A DNA stretch of 64,000 bases. Origin: Mobula hypostoma (Eukaryota). The DNA lies in contig NC_086108.1 of NCBI RefSeq assembly GCF_963921235.1, positions 38,938,001 to 39,002,000 of the forward strand, read 5' to 3'. The translations under genes were made by a program, and so were the position numbers. This document shows positions 51,950 through 64,000 of this stretch, in pieces (the first letter of the stretch is position 1; each line of letters starts with the position of its first letter). Under the pieces are notes generated by a model that saw only the letters and a list, made by a program, of their open reading frames with translations, did no database searches and had not been told where the DNA came from.

Positions 51950-53400
51950 CAGGAAATTCCACTAATTCTATTTCCAGCAGCGGTTTGAGACAATAGTTAT
52001 CTCTCCATTTAGGAGGTGCAGGCACAGCTTCAGTCTGTGGTAGTAAGCTTTGACAAATGCTTGGCATCTGGGAACAAGTAGGAATGCCAAACTGGAGTCA
52101 CAACTTTCGCCAAGGAATATGCTTGACCTTGTGGAGGTCAATTTACCCAGCCCTGGGAAAATGTCCAAGCTGTATACTCTATAAGCTTCCTACCGTATTC
52201 AAATCAGATATGGGAATGTTTCCTCATGTCACCACTGTGACAATTCATGATAAGGGAGTGGGAATAATTTTGTATACAGGGTCGAGCGGTATCAGTCATT
52301 AGCACATTACATTTACACCACAGACATTTTATTCTTATACAATTTCTGCCCCATTGTTAATGTGAGTCCACAGTTATTAAGTAAGGGCATAACTCCCATT
52401 TCAAGCTGTACCATATCTGAAGGACCTTGTCCAGGATGTGGAATAATCTTTCAATGTAAGTGATGCAGCTGAATCTCCAAACTCACTTTATGATACAATG
52501 AGGCCTTCAGCAGAAAGGTGAATACATCTACGATGGAAAAGGTAAGAGAAAGTTACCTGGTGGAATTTGATGAGGAAAATGGGAGCTTCTGGTGTTCCAC
52601 AAAAAAAAAGCCCGCAAGAAGTGTCTGAGAGGAAAGCCCTTGCTTCTGCAATGTACTGTATATTCTTTATAATTGTCTGCTAATTTGGATTTCTTCATCA
52701 AACTACTGATAGCAAAATTATGAGAAGGTTTAAATTAAGGACTCAGAACTAATTGATGTATCTGTGTGATGATTCATATTAGAGATGAACATAGTCAACC
52801 TACAAATTAGAAGACACAAGAATCGACTCTGAGAGTTTCATGCATGGGAAGTTGCAATTTCTACCTTTGACACATTGGATCAAAGTTACACATTCCCTTC
52901 CCATTTTGAGGATTAAAGCTGCAATACAATTTTCTGCAAAGAGATACCTAGTTTACAATGGGAGTATTTTTCTGTACATAGATTGGCTCAAATTAATTTC
53001 TCCTGCAGTTCTACCTCTAAAGTTAAGCTGCTAAATTTGTCAAGAACCAAGATTTTGGTTTAATGTGCGCTTCAGCAGTCCTGCTTGCAAAATATTGTGG
53101 ATATTCTCTACAACTAATTGGTTGGAACTTTGGAACTACAAGTAACTCTATCACTCTTGCACTTAGGTTGAGGCCAGTTTGTACCAGCGCCTATGTGATG
53201 CAGTCTTGGCATGTGATCTTGCAAAGAAATGCCATCCTGACCCTCTTCCTCTAAATGTTTTGAGTCTTCTATCATAAACTGGGCCAATATCATTAAGTGC
53301 CAAGGTTGCTATTACAAATGCCAGGTCTTTGAGATATTCTCACAGGTACATTGGTGCCAATTCGTTCAAAAAGTGACAGTGTTTCCTCTGAGTACGTTTA
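51950..53400 (-). pseudogene. Possible further relic coding segments of the minus-strand gene
   Basis: Non-repeat DNA with coding-like stretches (YSEETLSLFERIGTNVPVRISQRPG; LWTHINNGQKLYKNKNVCG; LIPLDPVYKIIPTPL) broken by stops; no motif recognised. Confidence 0.3.
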
Positions 53401-54594
53401 CTACCTACTGTCTAATTAACAAGTGTGAGGTTCAACAAAATAACATGAAGACACCCCGTTTTATGTAAGCAATGATTGAGCATGCTACAAATACCTTATG
53501 CATTTCATGTCTCATTTGGAAGACAGTCTGAAGTGAATATAAACACAGGGGCCTGGTCTATCTGGTTGCCAGGAATTGCAGTCAAACATATATTGATGTT
53601 CCTGAAGAATGCCTCCCACAAAGATTTGGTTACATTTGCATGGCAATGTCCCCTTTTCCTTGTGCTCATTGCTATTGTGGATTCCCAAAATCTAGCAGCT
53701 GCTATGTCATCAAGCTAGCTGAGCAACCAATTACATCAGAGATTCTCACAAATAGCAAACTGGATGGGAAAGCACCATGTTTTAAGTAACCTTACAAGCA
53801 GTTTACAGACCAGTAAATAAAGATGTAATAATATAATAGATCAACTCAATACATTTCGAAATATTTATGAAATGTTAATTTGGATTTTGTCACCATACTA
53901 CTGATGATAAAATTAGCTGTTTTAGTGCCAGAAATAGTGTTAAGCAGTAGTTATGGCTTAGTGTTGTATTAAAACTGGGACTTCATACAACAAAGACTTT
54001 GTGTATTTTTGGTAAATATCTTAAGCTCATATTGATTTAAGTAATGTTCCTTGACTAGGTCAATGACAACAATTTTGTTGTATAGATACAAATATCCAGT
54101 AGTCTTACAGAAGCATGATATAATGAGTAGGCACCAGTCCCTATCAAAAAACAAGCTGCCAGATAAAAGAGGACTAAAGTTGATGGGTTAGAATTCACAG
54201 ACCATGGCATGACACCCACCTTTCTACTTACACAGTTATAGACCTCTTGAAGGCAACATGGTGGACAAAGAAATCTCAACAGCACCTGCGTGGTTGCTGT
54301 GCAAATCTTGCTACAAGGAGGAGTATCCTAAATAAGCTTTGAGCATGAAAATGCTGGAGAACGTCGAGAGGCGGCTAAATCACCTTTGATCTCCAGCTTC
54401 CTCGGCTTTCAAAAATATTGGACGCTACTAAGATTCAAGTACATTCCTAAATAATTAACAATATTCAGAACATGGAAATATTAATATAATGCGCTTAAAA
54501 ATTAAAAACATTCAAAATATTAGAATCATTCAAATGTATGTGAATTAATCTAAGCTTAACCGTGATGCCTCACAGGAAACGATATGCTATTCAC

Positions 54595-57500
54595 CTCCTA
54601 TGTAAGATCTTAACTGGTGCCGATTGTTAAATGATTCTGCACCTTTATGTTGGAGAATTACTACATCTTCACAGTTTGCTACAAGACACCCTCCAACTAA
54701 TAGTGCATAGTCAGAAGTTACCTGGTGTATAGCTATCAGGCAGGTTGGTACTTCTGTGTTGTACAAGCACATGAATCCTGAAGGTATTGGAAATGTGCGT
54801 GGAATTGCTAGTATTTCCTTGCAAGTCTGGCCAACATTTTAAACAGCAAGGTTCCCAATTTCATTTTCATCATAATAAGCAGAATAATACATTTTGTACA
54901 ATCAGATCTTTCTAATGACAGGGAGACAGTGAGAACAACTCATTAAATTAAATAATAGCATAGTCTCTGACTTCATCTTTCAGCTCTTCACATGAAGAAT
55001 TGACTCATCAAACCAATCAAAAGTGCATCATGAATCCATTCCTATTGTTCAATATTCTCAATAGACAATAGGTGGAGTAGGCCATTCGGCCCTTCGAGCC
55101 AGCACCGCCATTCACTGTGATCATGGCTGATCATCCACAATCAGTATCCAGTTCCTGCCTTATCCCCATAACCTTTGATTCCACTATCTTTAAGAGCTCT
55201 ATCCATCACTTTCTTGAAAGCATCCAGAGTACTTGGCCTCCACAGCCTTCTGGGGCAGAGCATTCCATATATCCACCACTCCCTGGGTGAAAAAGTTTTT
55301 CCTCAACTCCGTTCTAAATGGCCTACCCCTTATTCTTAAACTGTGGCCTCTGGTTCTGGACTCACCCATCAGCAGGAACATGCTTCCTGCCTGCAGCATG
55401 TCCAATCCCTTAATAATCTTATATGTTTCAATAAGATCCCATCTCAGCCTTCTAAATTCCAGAGTATACAAGCCCAGTCGCTCCAATCTTTTGACATATG
55501 ACAGTCCTGCCATCCCGGAAATTAACCTTGAGAGCCTACGCTGCACTCCCTCAATAGCAAGAATGTCCTTCCTCAAATTTGGAGACCAAAACTGCACACA
55601 GTACTCCAGGTGTGGTCTCACCAGGGCCCTGTACAGTTGCAGAAGGACCTCTTTGCTGTTATACTCAATTCCCCTTGTTATGAAGGCCAGCATGCCATTA
55701 GCTTTTTTCACTGCCTGCTGTACTTGCATGCTTGCTTTCAGTGACTGATGTACAAGAACACCTAGATCTCGTTGTACTTCTCCTTTTCCTAACTTGACTC
55801 CATGTAGATAATAATCTGCCTTCCCGTTCTTACCACCAAAGTGGATATCCTCACATTTATCCACATTAAACTGCATCTGCCCACTCACCCAGCCTGTCCA
55901 AGTCACCCTGCATTCTCATTTCATCCTCCTCCCATTTCACACTGCCACCCAGCTTTGTGTCATTGGCAAATTTGCTAATGTGACTTTTAATTCCCCCATC
56001 TACATCATTAATATATATTGTAAACAGCTGCGGTCCCAGCACTGAACCCTGCGGTACCCCAGTGGTCACCGCCTGCATTCTGAAAGGGACCCGTTAATCA
56101 CTACTCTTTGTTTTCTGTCAGCCAGCCAATTTTCAATCTACGTCAGAACTCTGCCCCCAATACCATGTGCCCTAATTTTGCCCACTAATCTCCTATGTGG
56201 GACTTTATCAAAGGCTTTCTGAAAGTCCAGGTACACTACATCCACTGGCTCTCCCTTGTCCATTTTCATAGTTACATCCTCAAAAAATTCCAGAAGATTA
56301 GTCAAGCACGATTTCACCTTTGTAAATCCATGCTGACTCGGACCAATCCTGTTACTGCTATCCAGATGTGTCGTAATTTCATCTCTTATAATTGACTCCA
56401 GCATCTTTCCCACCACCGACGTCAGGCTAAACCGTCTATAATTCCGTTTTCTCTCTTCCTCCCTTCTTGAAGAGAAGGAGAACATTAGCCACCCTCCAAT
56501 CCACAGGAACTGATCCTGAATCTATAGAAGATTGGAAAATGATTACCAATGCATCCACGATTTCTAAAGCCACCTCCTTAAGTACCCTGGGATGCAGACC
56601 ATCAGGTCCCGGGGACTTATCGGACTTCAGACCCAGCAGCCTATCCAACACCATTTCCTGCCTAATATAAATTTCCTTCAGTTCATCCACTACCCTAGGT
56701 CCTTTGGCCACTATTATATCTGGGAGATTGTTTGTGTCTTCCCTAGTGAAGACAGATCCAAAGTACCTGTTTAACTCGTCTGCCACTTCCTTGTTCCCCA
56801 TAATAAATTCACCCGCTTCTGTCTTCAAGGGCCCAATTTTGGTCTTAACTATTTTTTTCCTTTTCACATACCTAAAGAAGCTTTTACTATTCTCCTTTAT
56901 ATTCTTGGCTAGTTTACCTTCGTACCTCATTTTTTCTCCATGTATTGCCTTTTTAGTTACCTTCTGTTGCTCTTTAAGTTTCCCAGTCCTCCGGCTTCCC
57001 ACTCGTCTTTGCTATGTTATACTTCTTCTCTTTTATTTTTATACTGTCCATTACTTCCCTTGTCAGCCACGGCCTCCCCTTAGGATCTTTCTTCCTCTTT
57101 GGAATGAACTGATCCTGCACCTTCTGCATTATTCCCAGAAACACTTGCCGTTGCTGTTCCACTGTCATCCCTGCTATGGTATTGTTCCATTGAACTTTGG
57201 CCAGCTCCTCCTTCATTGCACCATAGTTCCCTTTGTTCAACTGTAATACTGATACTTCCGAGTTTTCCTTCTCCCTCTCAATTTGTAGATTAAAACTTAT
57301 CATATTATAGTCACTACCTCCTAATGGCTCCTTTACCTCGAGGTCCCTGATCAAATCAGGTTCATTGCACAACACTAAATCTAGAATTGCATTCTCTCTG
57401 GTAGGCTCCAGTACAAGCTGTTCTAAGAATCCATCTCGGAGGGACTCCACAAACTCCCTTTCTTGGGGTCGAGTACCAATCTGATTCCTCCAGTCTACCT

Positions 57501-58249
57501 GCATGTTGAAGTCCCCCATAACAAATGTAGTATTACCTCTGCGACATGCCAATTTTAACTCTTGATTCAACTTACACCCTACATCCTGACTACTGTTTGG
57601 GGGCCTGTAGATAACTCCCATTAGGGTCTTTCTACCCTTAGATTTTCTCAGTTCTATCCATACTGACTCTACGTCTCCTGATTCTATGTCCCCCCTCGCA
57701 AGGGACTGAATATCATTCCTCACCAACAGAGCCACCCCACCCCCTCTGCCCATCAGTCTGTCCTTTTGATAGGACGTATACTCTTGAATATTCATTTCCC
57801 AGGCCCTGTCCACTTGAAGCCATGTCTCTGTTATTCCCACAACATCGTACTTGCCAATTTCCAACTGTGCCTCAAGCCCATCTACTTTATTTCTTATACT
57901 CCGTGCATTCATATACAATACTTTTAATTCATTACTCCCCTCACCTCCCATATCAATTCCTATTTCACTTGGCCATACTGTACGATCCCTTCTTGAGCTT
58001 TCTGCTCTGTTGATTCTGCTATCGTTCTTAACTTTTCTTATTCTCACTTTCCCTTTATCTCCATCCTTATGTTTCCAGTTCGTCAGAAGCCGTGGCAACT
58101 ACATTGTCTGTTTAACAACAATCCCCTCCTTGCACAATTAATGGAAACTATTCGTGTTCAAATGAAGGTATATTTCAAAGGTATGTCCCCGATTGAGACA
58201 GAACGGCAGAATACATGATACTCTGAAGGTCAATTTTTGAACTGTTACC
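54595..58249 (-). pseudogene. N-terminal relic exon of the GREB1-family pseudogene, split by a CR1
   Basis: 58249-58083: GNSSKIDLQSIMYSAVLSQSGTYL*...; resumes at ~55060 and reads ...FPIPSGFMCLYNTEVPTCLIAIHQVTSDYALLVGGCLVANCEDVVILQHKGAESFNNRHQLRSYIG, donor G|gtgaat at 54595. Weakly resembles recalled GREB1 MGNS... and VPAGF...NALLGFSGNCVGC...TEFSNHINL. Confidence 0.45.
55060..58082 (-). mobile_element. CR1 LINE, 5'-truncated, near-complete ORF2
   Basis: ORFs 56974-58098 (APE: YMNARSIRNK, ITETW, GDFN), 56436-57002, 56138-56485, 55866-56078 (VPQGSVLGP, SKFAND) and 55199-55906. Confidence 0.95.
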
Positions 58250-58499
58250 CTAAACAATATTCTACTTAGTTTGTCTGTCTGTATCTCACCACCCTACCTC
58301 TGTAGTTAACATTTTATGAGCAAGATCTATATTCAATAGAACTTGATTATATAATTAAATTATTGCTAAAACAGTGCTAAGTACATAGCGTTATTCTGAG
58401 TATTTGGGTAGAACCATAAGCTAAATTCCTTTAGCTTTTCCAAAAGACAACAAAAAAAGGCAATTAGTTTTCTAACTGGTACACATCTTAGCTCGAAGC

Positions 58500-58800
58500 A
58501 GCAGAGTGGTTCAGCAGGTAAAGCTGTGTTCATACAGCTTCAGTAAGCAAGATTCAGCTGTGCCCTTTGGTGCTTGCTGCTTTTTGAGTTTGCATTCTTT
58601 CACATTCCAGCGATGTGTCTTTCGGCTGGTTAAATGGCCGTGATAAATTGCCCCTGGTGTGTAAGTGAGTGGTAGCTGCTGGGGAAGATTAATGGGAATG
58701 TGGAAATAATAGGTTATGAAACAAAACTAGTTGAAGGACAGAAGTGCTGGGTAAGCTGGCAAAGACTTGGGCCAGAATGGCTCTTCTGATGTTGTAAGGA
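58500..58800 (+). repeat. Degraded tRNA-headed SINE (HE1-like)
   Basis: gtggttcagcaggtaaagctg head, gagtttgcattct, ggttaaatggcc..taaattgcccc..gtgtgtaagtgagtgg, CR1-like tail. Confidence 0.5.
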
Positions 58801-59031
58801 AATATGGACATGTAGATCTTCTCATGTACTGTGGTGGGGTCGAAGGAATTAACGCATACCAGGCAAACTCATCATATCTTAAGATGTATACTAGTCTGTA
58901 GAGCGTAGGAGAAAGAAGAAGGATGACAAATGTAGAGGCCATTGCCTATAAAGTGTGTACCTACAAATGACAGACATTGCAAAAAATCAGATCTTGCAGC
59001 ACATGGTCATTAGTGTTTTAAGCTGAATATA

Positions 59032-59570
59032 TACTCAATGGCCACTTTATTAGGTGCATCTGTACACATGTCTGTTAATGCAATTATCTAATCAGCCAAT
59101 CATGTGGCAGAATCTCAATGCAGACATGGTCAAGAGGTTCAGTCATTGTTCAGAGCAAATATCACAATGTGGAAAAAATGTGATCTCAGTGACTTTGACC
59201 TTGGAATGATTGTTGGTGCCAGAAGGGGTGGTTTGAGTATCTCGGAAATTACTTATCTCTTGGGATTTTCACACACAACAGAGAATAGTGTGAAAACCAA
59301 AAAAAATCTAGTGAGCAGCAGTTCTGTGGGCGAAACGTCTTATTAATCAGCAAGGTCAGAGGAGAATGGCCAGACTAGTTCAAGCTGACAGGAAAGTGAC
59401 AACAACTCAGATAACCACACATTACAACAGTGGTGTGCAGAAGAGCATCTCTGAACGCACAACATGTTGAACTTCGAGGTGGACAGGCTACAGCAGCAGA
59501 AGACCACAGACATACACTCAGTGGCTGATTTGTAGATACAGGAGGTACCTACTGAAGTGGCCACTGAGTA
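59032..59570 (+). mobile_element. Tc1-derived MITE
   Basis: TIRs tactcaatggccactttattaggt / acctactgaagtggccactgagta flanked by TA; internal HTH remnant KKCDLSDFDLGMIVGARRGGLSISE. Confidence 0.85.
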
Positions 59571-59756
59571 TATGATTTTTTGCTCTGTTTGCTGGAACCT
59601 TTCATAATTGTACTCATTTCCTGAGCTTCTATTTGACCCTTTGATAAGATCACATGATCTGAATCCACAGAGTAGGTTCTTCTGACTTCAAACTCAGGAT
59701 CACAAGGCTTTAAAGAGAAATAGGTTGAACAAAACATTTGAATGTAAAATTGAAAT

Positions 59757-62700
59757 TTTATTGTTTGCAAAAGCAAAGCACAGCTCTGCAAAGTCGCAAG
59801 AATAACTTTATTCAGCCAATTTTGCATTATTCTCCTCAACATTATACAGCAGCTTGGACAACCATCAGAAAACAGATCAACCAAAGACATCAAGTTTCCA
59901 CATGACTGTACATACTGGCTCTGATGAAATGTTATTGGTTTTCAGTTTAGACATCACCTGAATTAGAAATGAATGCATATAAATATCCAAAAATGTTTAT
60001 TCTAAAGAAATTATTATATTCTGCCTCAGTATATAAAAAGAGCAGACAGCTGGAACATCAAGACCAATTTGAATATGGCTGGAGACCGCACATCTATGAA
60101 TGTAATTTTCTTCCATTTTAATTTTTCAATCATAGAAAAGATACTGTAGAAAACAGCCTTCACCATGTTAACCTGGATAAAAATGGATGGTCCGTACAAA
60201 TCAGCTCTGCTAAAGGGACACTCTCATTGCAATGGGTACAAACGGCAGTTGTACAGATCATTAGTTCAAAGTTTATGAGCCAAATGTCTGGATTTTCCAA
60301 TAGACTCATGCACAACTATTTTGATAAAAACCTAGGCTCATCTGAGATATACAATTAAATGGCATTACTGTCGAATAGAACTTAAGTAATAGGCCAGGTG
60401 GTATTTACAAGCACTTGACATATTAATCTAACAACTGAAATGGATAGTTTTGTGTGACTCATTATTAATTATGTTTTTGACAGATGTTTAAATGAGCAAT
60501 AATACAAACAACTGCATAAATTACACTTGTAAGTAATTTACATGATGAACATCATGTGCACATTATAGGACTCAGACAGCCATAACAGTGGTGGACACTT
60601 ACTTTTATAGATGAACAGATAAATACAAGACAGTTTAACAAAATATTGCATATTTAAAAAATGCACTCCAATTTGCGTATGTGATACAAGCTATGCAACA
60701 CGTTTGGAGCATTTGTCAGAAGATGATGGATTATTAATCGAATAAGATACTGAAGTCTGGGGTTGGAAATTAAAAAACCTCAATTAATGATAATTCAGCA
60801 ATGATCCTTATTCACTAAAGACCTCTTGACTTATTCCTTGACTCTGTAGTTGACAATGGGGCAAGATTTAATGTTTACTCAAACTATATGCTGCTTCTGT
60901 GTTCAACTTTATTATTAAAAAGTCATTGTATAAAAATCTAACTTAAGAACCACATCTGAAATACAAACCATTGGTAAATAGGATTCATATTGCACAAAAT
61001 TATTATAAAAAGGATATTACGCCTTCTGGACTAAGGAATAGACAGTATTTAAATTATTTTCAATATATAAACTAAAGATAATAGCATGCTTGATTAAGAG
61101 AGCATTAAAAATAAAAACTCAGATTGATTTGAGTTTTTGGGAAGTCTGAGGTATATCAATTAGGATTATCATGCTGACTTTCTGTTTTGATATAAAACCT
61201 ATGTAGCATGGAAATAACATTGCACCTTGAAACGTCAGTGCACATGACATCTTCTGATACACATTATATTCTCATTTTTTGCTCAAAAATTGTTCCAGTT
61301 TCCAAAGTAAAATTCAGTACCATCATTCATGTTTTCATTAAGGCACCTATTCCAGACTTTGCTGCAGTGAAGTACCAGGTATTTTAAAAAATTATATTTG
61401 TATCTCTGAAAAATTAACAATTGGATTCTGTTAACAACATCCAATTAAAAAGAAAATTAGAACAGAGCAACAGAGGGCCAAAGTTTATCACTTGGCCCCA
61501 GTAACAAAGAGTGCAAGGCAATATTTATCATAATAAAGTAACTGAGTGAATCTAAATATTTAAAAGTATTAAACATTAGTGTAGCACAAGTTACAAGAAT
61601 CATTGGATTTAATATGCTGTCAACTATCCTAATACTTATTTTCCCTGTTTGTACCTATAGAAGTACCATTGTGAAACAAGGGTGTTAACAGGTTCTTCTT
61701 TTCCCTTAGATACCAGTGTTGGTTGTCACTTACACAGACCAGCTCTATCACAGCACATTCTACGACACAACAATATTTCACCATTAACACCTAAAGCATT
61801 TGTGCACAATTGTTCAATACAAAATTGAAATACTTTACACCAAGATTATATTAAGAAAATTGATAACACTCAAAACCTTAACAAAGTGTTAACACCTGTA
61901 TTTTAACACAAGCCAGAATTCCTAAATGAGGTCTCAAAATAACCAATTGAATGTCCTGAAAATTTGTTTTCTACTGAGTATATCACTCCGAGGTTCAAAT
62001 GAGCCAACATTAAAGACGCTGGGGTGGGTGAGAAACAAATCAACTCGTTTCAGGAAGTCATGGATTGAAAACTCATTGGTAAAAACCTAATTGATTGCTA
62101 ATGTTATAAAATACAGCATTATCTCCACAGGAGTTTTGTTTTAATTTCTCCCTTAACTAACCACAGTTACATTGCCATCCCTAGTAATTATTGCTTAATG
62201 GGTTGATTTCAAGCATATTCAGGTTTATACCATTTAAGTACCATATGACTTGAGAAAGATGCTACAAGAAGATCGAGGATTTCTGTATTTTTAAGGCAGG
62301 ACCTTGGGTTATTTGGCATTAATTTACTGCATATTTCATCATTAGCATAGGTAAAGCATAGATAATGGAAGAATAGACAAAATACAAACGGACTGTTTAA
62401 ATAATTCAGCATATCCAGCTTATAGATATATTAAAATAGCACAGAATGGGCTGAGGAGGGTTTAGGTGAAAGGAATTGCAAACAGCGATGACTACCGTTC
62501 CCCCCACATTTGCGACTGAGATCTGGTGAATCTATTGCTGACTCCACTGTACTAGGTAAGGTATGTAGATTTCATATAACCTTTCCAAGAATTTAAAGTT
62601 CACTATATTCCTCTAAACCTTTCTTATCTATGTGCCTGTCCGTATGTCTTGTAAAGTGTTTCTACTGCCAACTCCTCTGGCAGTTTATTTCACATATCTA

Positions 62701-63336
62701 CTATTCCATGTGTGAAAACTTGCCCGTTCATTATGGAGGCAGGTACAGTTGGACAGGTGTATGAATAGGAAAGGCTTAGAGTGTTATGGGTCAAACTCAG
62801 ACAAATGGAATCTGTATAGATCGGCAACATGGATGAGTTGACCAAAGGATTTACTTCTATTCTGTGTGACTCTGTGAATCTATACGACATTTGACTGGAA
62901 AGTCTGAATCGGTTGGAATAACGTGAAGAATTTTCACCAACTATGAAAGGAAATCACAACCTCCTATCTCAAGGGAGAAATGTAAGTCTGTTCTTTTGGT
63001 ACTTGGAGTTAATGTTAATTCTTTCGCTTCCAATAGGACTTGATTGAAATGGAAACTACTGTGCACAAGACTAAAGGACTGTTGACTTACCAATATATTA
63101 CATCCACCTAAGCAATAACCTGTAGCCAATTGTTTAGCCCAAGTCTATAAATCAGAAGTGATCTTAATAGTCATTTGAGAAATGTATGCTAAATGTTTAA
63201 AACTGTAAGACAATCTGTATTTCATCTTGCATAACTCAGTGAGGCAGTGCAGATTTTTCCCCCTTTCTGCAGTCTAACAAACACTTAAATAGTTACCTAA
63301 ATCTACCCCAGCTTAAAACACTGCTGCACTTTCACA
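59757..63336 (-). other. DENND1B: Probable DENND1B 3' UTR
   Basis: AT-rich, repeat-poor DNA after the stop codon; minus-strand AATAAA candidates at 59757-59762, 59807-59812 and 59996-60001. True end unknown. Confidence 0.4.
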
Positions 63337-63873
63337 CTAGGTGTTGGTGGTGGAAGCACCTACACTAGAAGTGGTGTGACCAGTTTGAATTCTGGAACAT
63401 AAACAGTCAATCTCCTTAAGTAGGTCTATTTCACTCGTGGGTTCCAAAAGTTCAGCCTCAACATCATCTTTTTCCCAAGGGATTAAAGCGGATGGGTTTT
63501 TTGGTGTATTTTCACACTGCTGTTTGTCTTCACTAGTTAGTGTTCGTTTTGGTTCCTGTTTAGCTGAAACTTTGACCTCCTGGCTCATTCCTTTGCAAGA
63601 GGAATGAGTTCCCAGTGAATCTTTACATGATGAGTCATTATGCAGTTTCGGAAAGTCTGTCAACTCCTCTACAAACACAGTGGAGCTTTCACAAGGCGTT
63701 GCTTCAAAAGTGATTGGATCTTCAGAACAGTTATAAAAAGATTTCCTTGGAGATGGTGGAAGGGGTTTTCTGTGGACAATAGTATCATCTTGTCCCAGGT
63801 GCCAACTCAGATGATCATTGCACTGCCCACCAAGTTCAGCCAGGTTTCCCTCGCTTGGAGTATTGGACTTGTT
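63337..63873 (-). CDS. DENND1B: DENN domain-containing 1B (connecdenn 2), last coding exon, 178 aa
   Basis: tcttttcattttcttag|AAC, phase 0; NKSNTPSEGNLAEL...WHLGQDDTIVHRKPLPPSPRK...ALIPWEKD...IDLLKEIDCLC...*, matching recalled DENND1B motifs WNLGQDD, LPPSPRK, VPWEKE, LLHEVVSLC; convergent with CRB1 as in mammals. Confidence 0.88.
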   Translation of the reverse strand, partial: NKSNTPSEGNLAELGGQCNDHLSWHLGQDDTIVHRKPLPPSPRKSFYNCSEDPITFEATPCESSTVFVEELTDFPKLHNDSSCKDSLGTHSSCKGMSQEVKVSAKQEPKRTLTSEDKQQCENTPKNPSALIPWEKDDVEAELLEPTSEIDLLKEIDCLCSRIQTGHTTSSVGASTTNT

Positions 63874-64000
63874 CTAAGAAAATGAAAAGAAAAATCAGAT
63901 TTAGAGACAAAAAACGGACAAAAATAAAACAAACAGTTGTCAGATATGGAAGCCCAACCCAAATCTCTTACACAAAATGACTATTCCTTTATCACTTTTG

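Noticed and set aside
1..64000. CRISPR arrays, rRNA/tRNA genes, prokaryotic operons
   Set aside because: Eukaryotic intron-exon DNA; no regular repeat-spacer array or intact structural RNA gene recognised.

Overview
Repeat-rich vertebrate genomic DNA; the repeat repertoire suggests a cartilaginous fish, probably a ray (inference). It covers the 3' end of the CRB1 locus (+; terminal exon 30195-30407) and the last coding exon of the convergent neighbour DENND1B (-; 63337-63873). Two things stand out. (1) A complete, apparently intact three-coding-exon short Crumbs gene resembling CRB3 (13854-13935, 24813-24865, 29735-29956; 118 aa: signal peptide, short N-glycosylated stalk, TM, FERM motif, ERLI) lies in what should be the last CRB1 intron. 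Its terminal exon ends 238 bp before the CRB1 terminal exon, in the same splice phase. (2) A large, decayed multi-exon gene on the - strand (about 58250 down to 1000 or beyond) is interleaved with both Crumbs units. Its relic translation aligns with conserved spacing to GREB1/GREB1L motifs as I recall them, suggesting a divergent, pseudogenised third GREB1-family member. The rest is CR1, L2 and Rex1/Babar LINEs, two solo LTRs with 4-bp TSDs, a Penelope fragment and its hairpin derivatives, a Tc1 element and a Tc1 MITE, often nested. All homology calls are by eye from remembered sequences; no searches were run, and repeat boundaries are approximate unless TSDs/TIRs are quoted.
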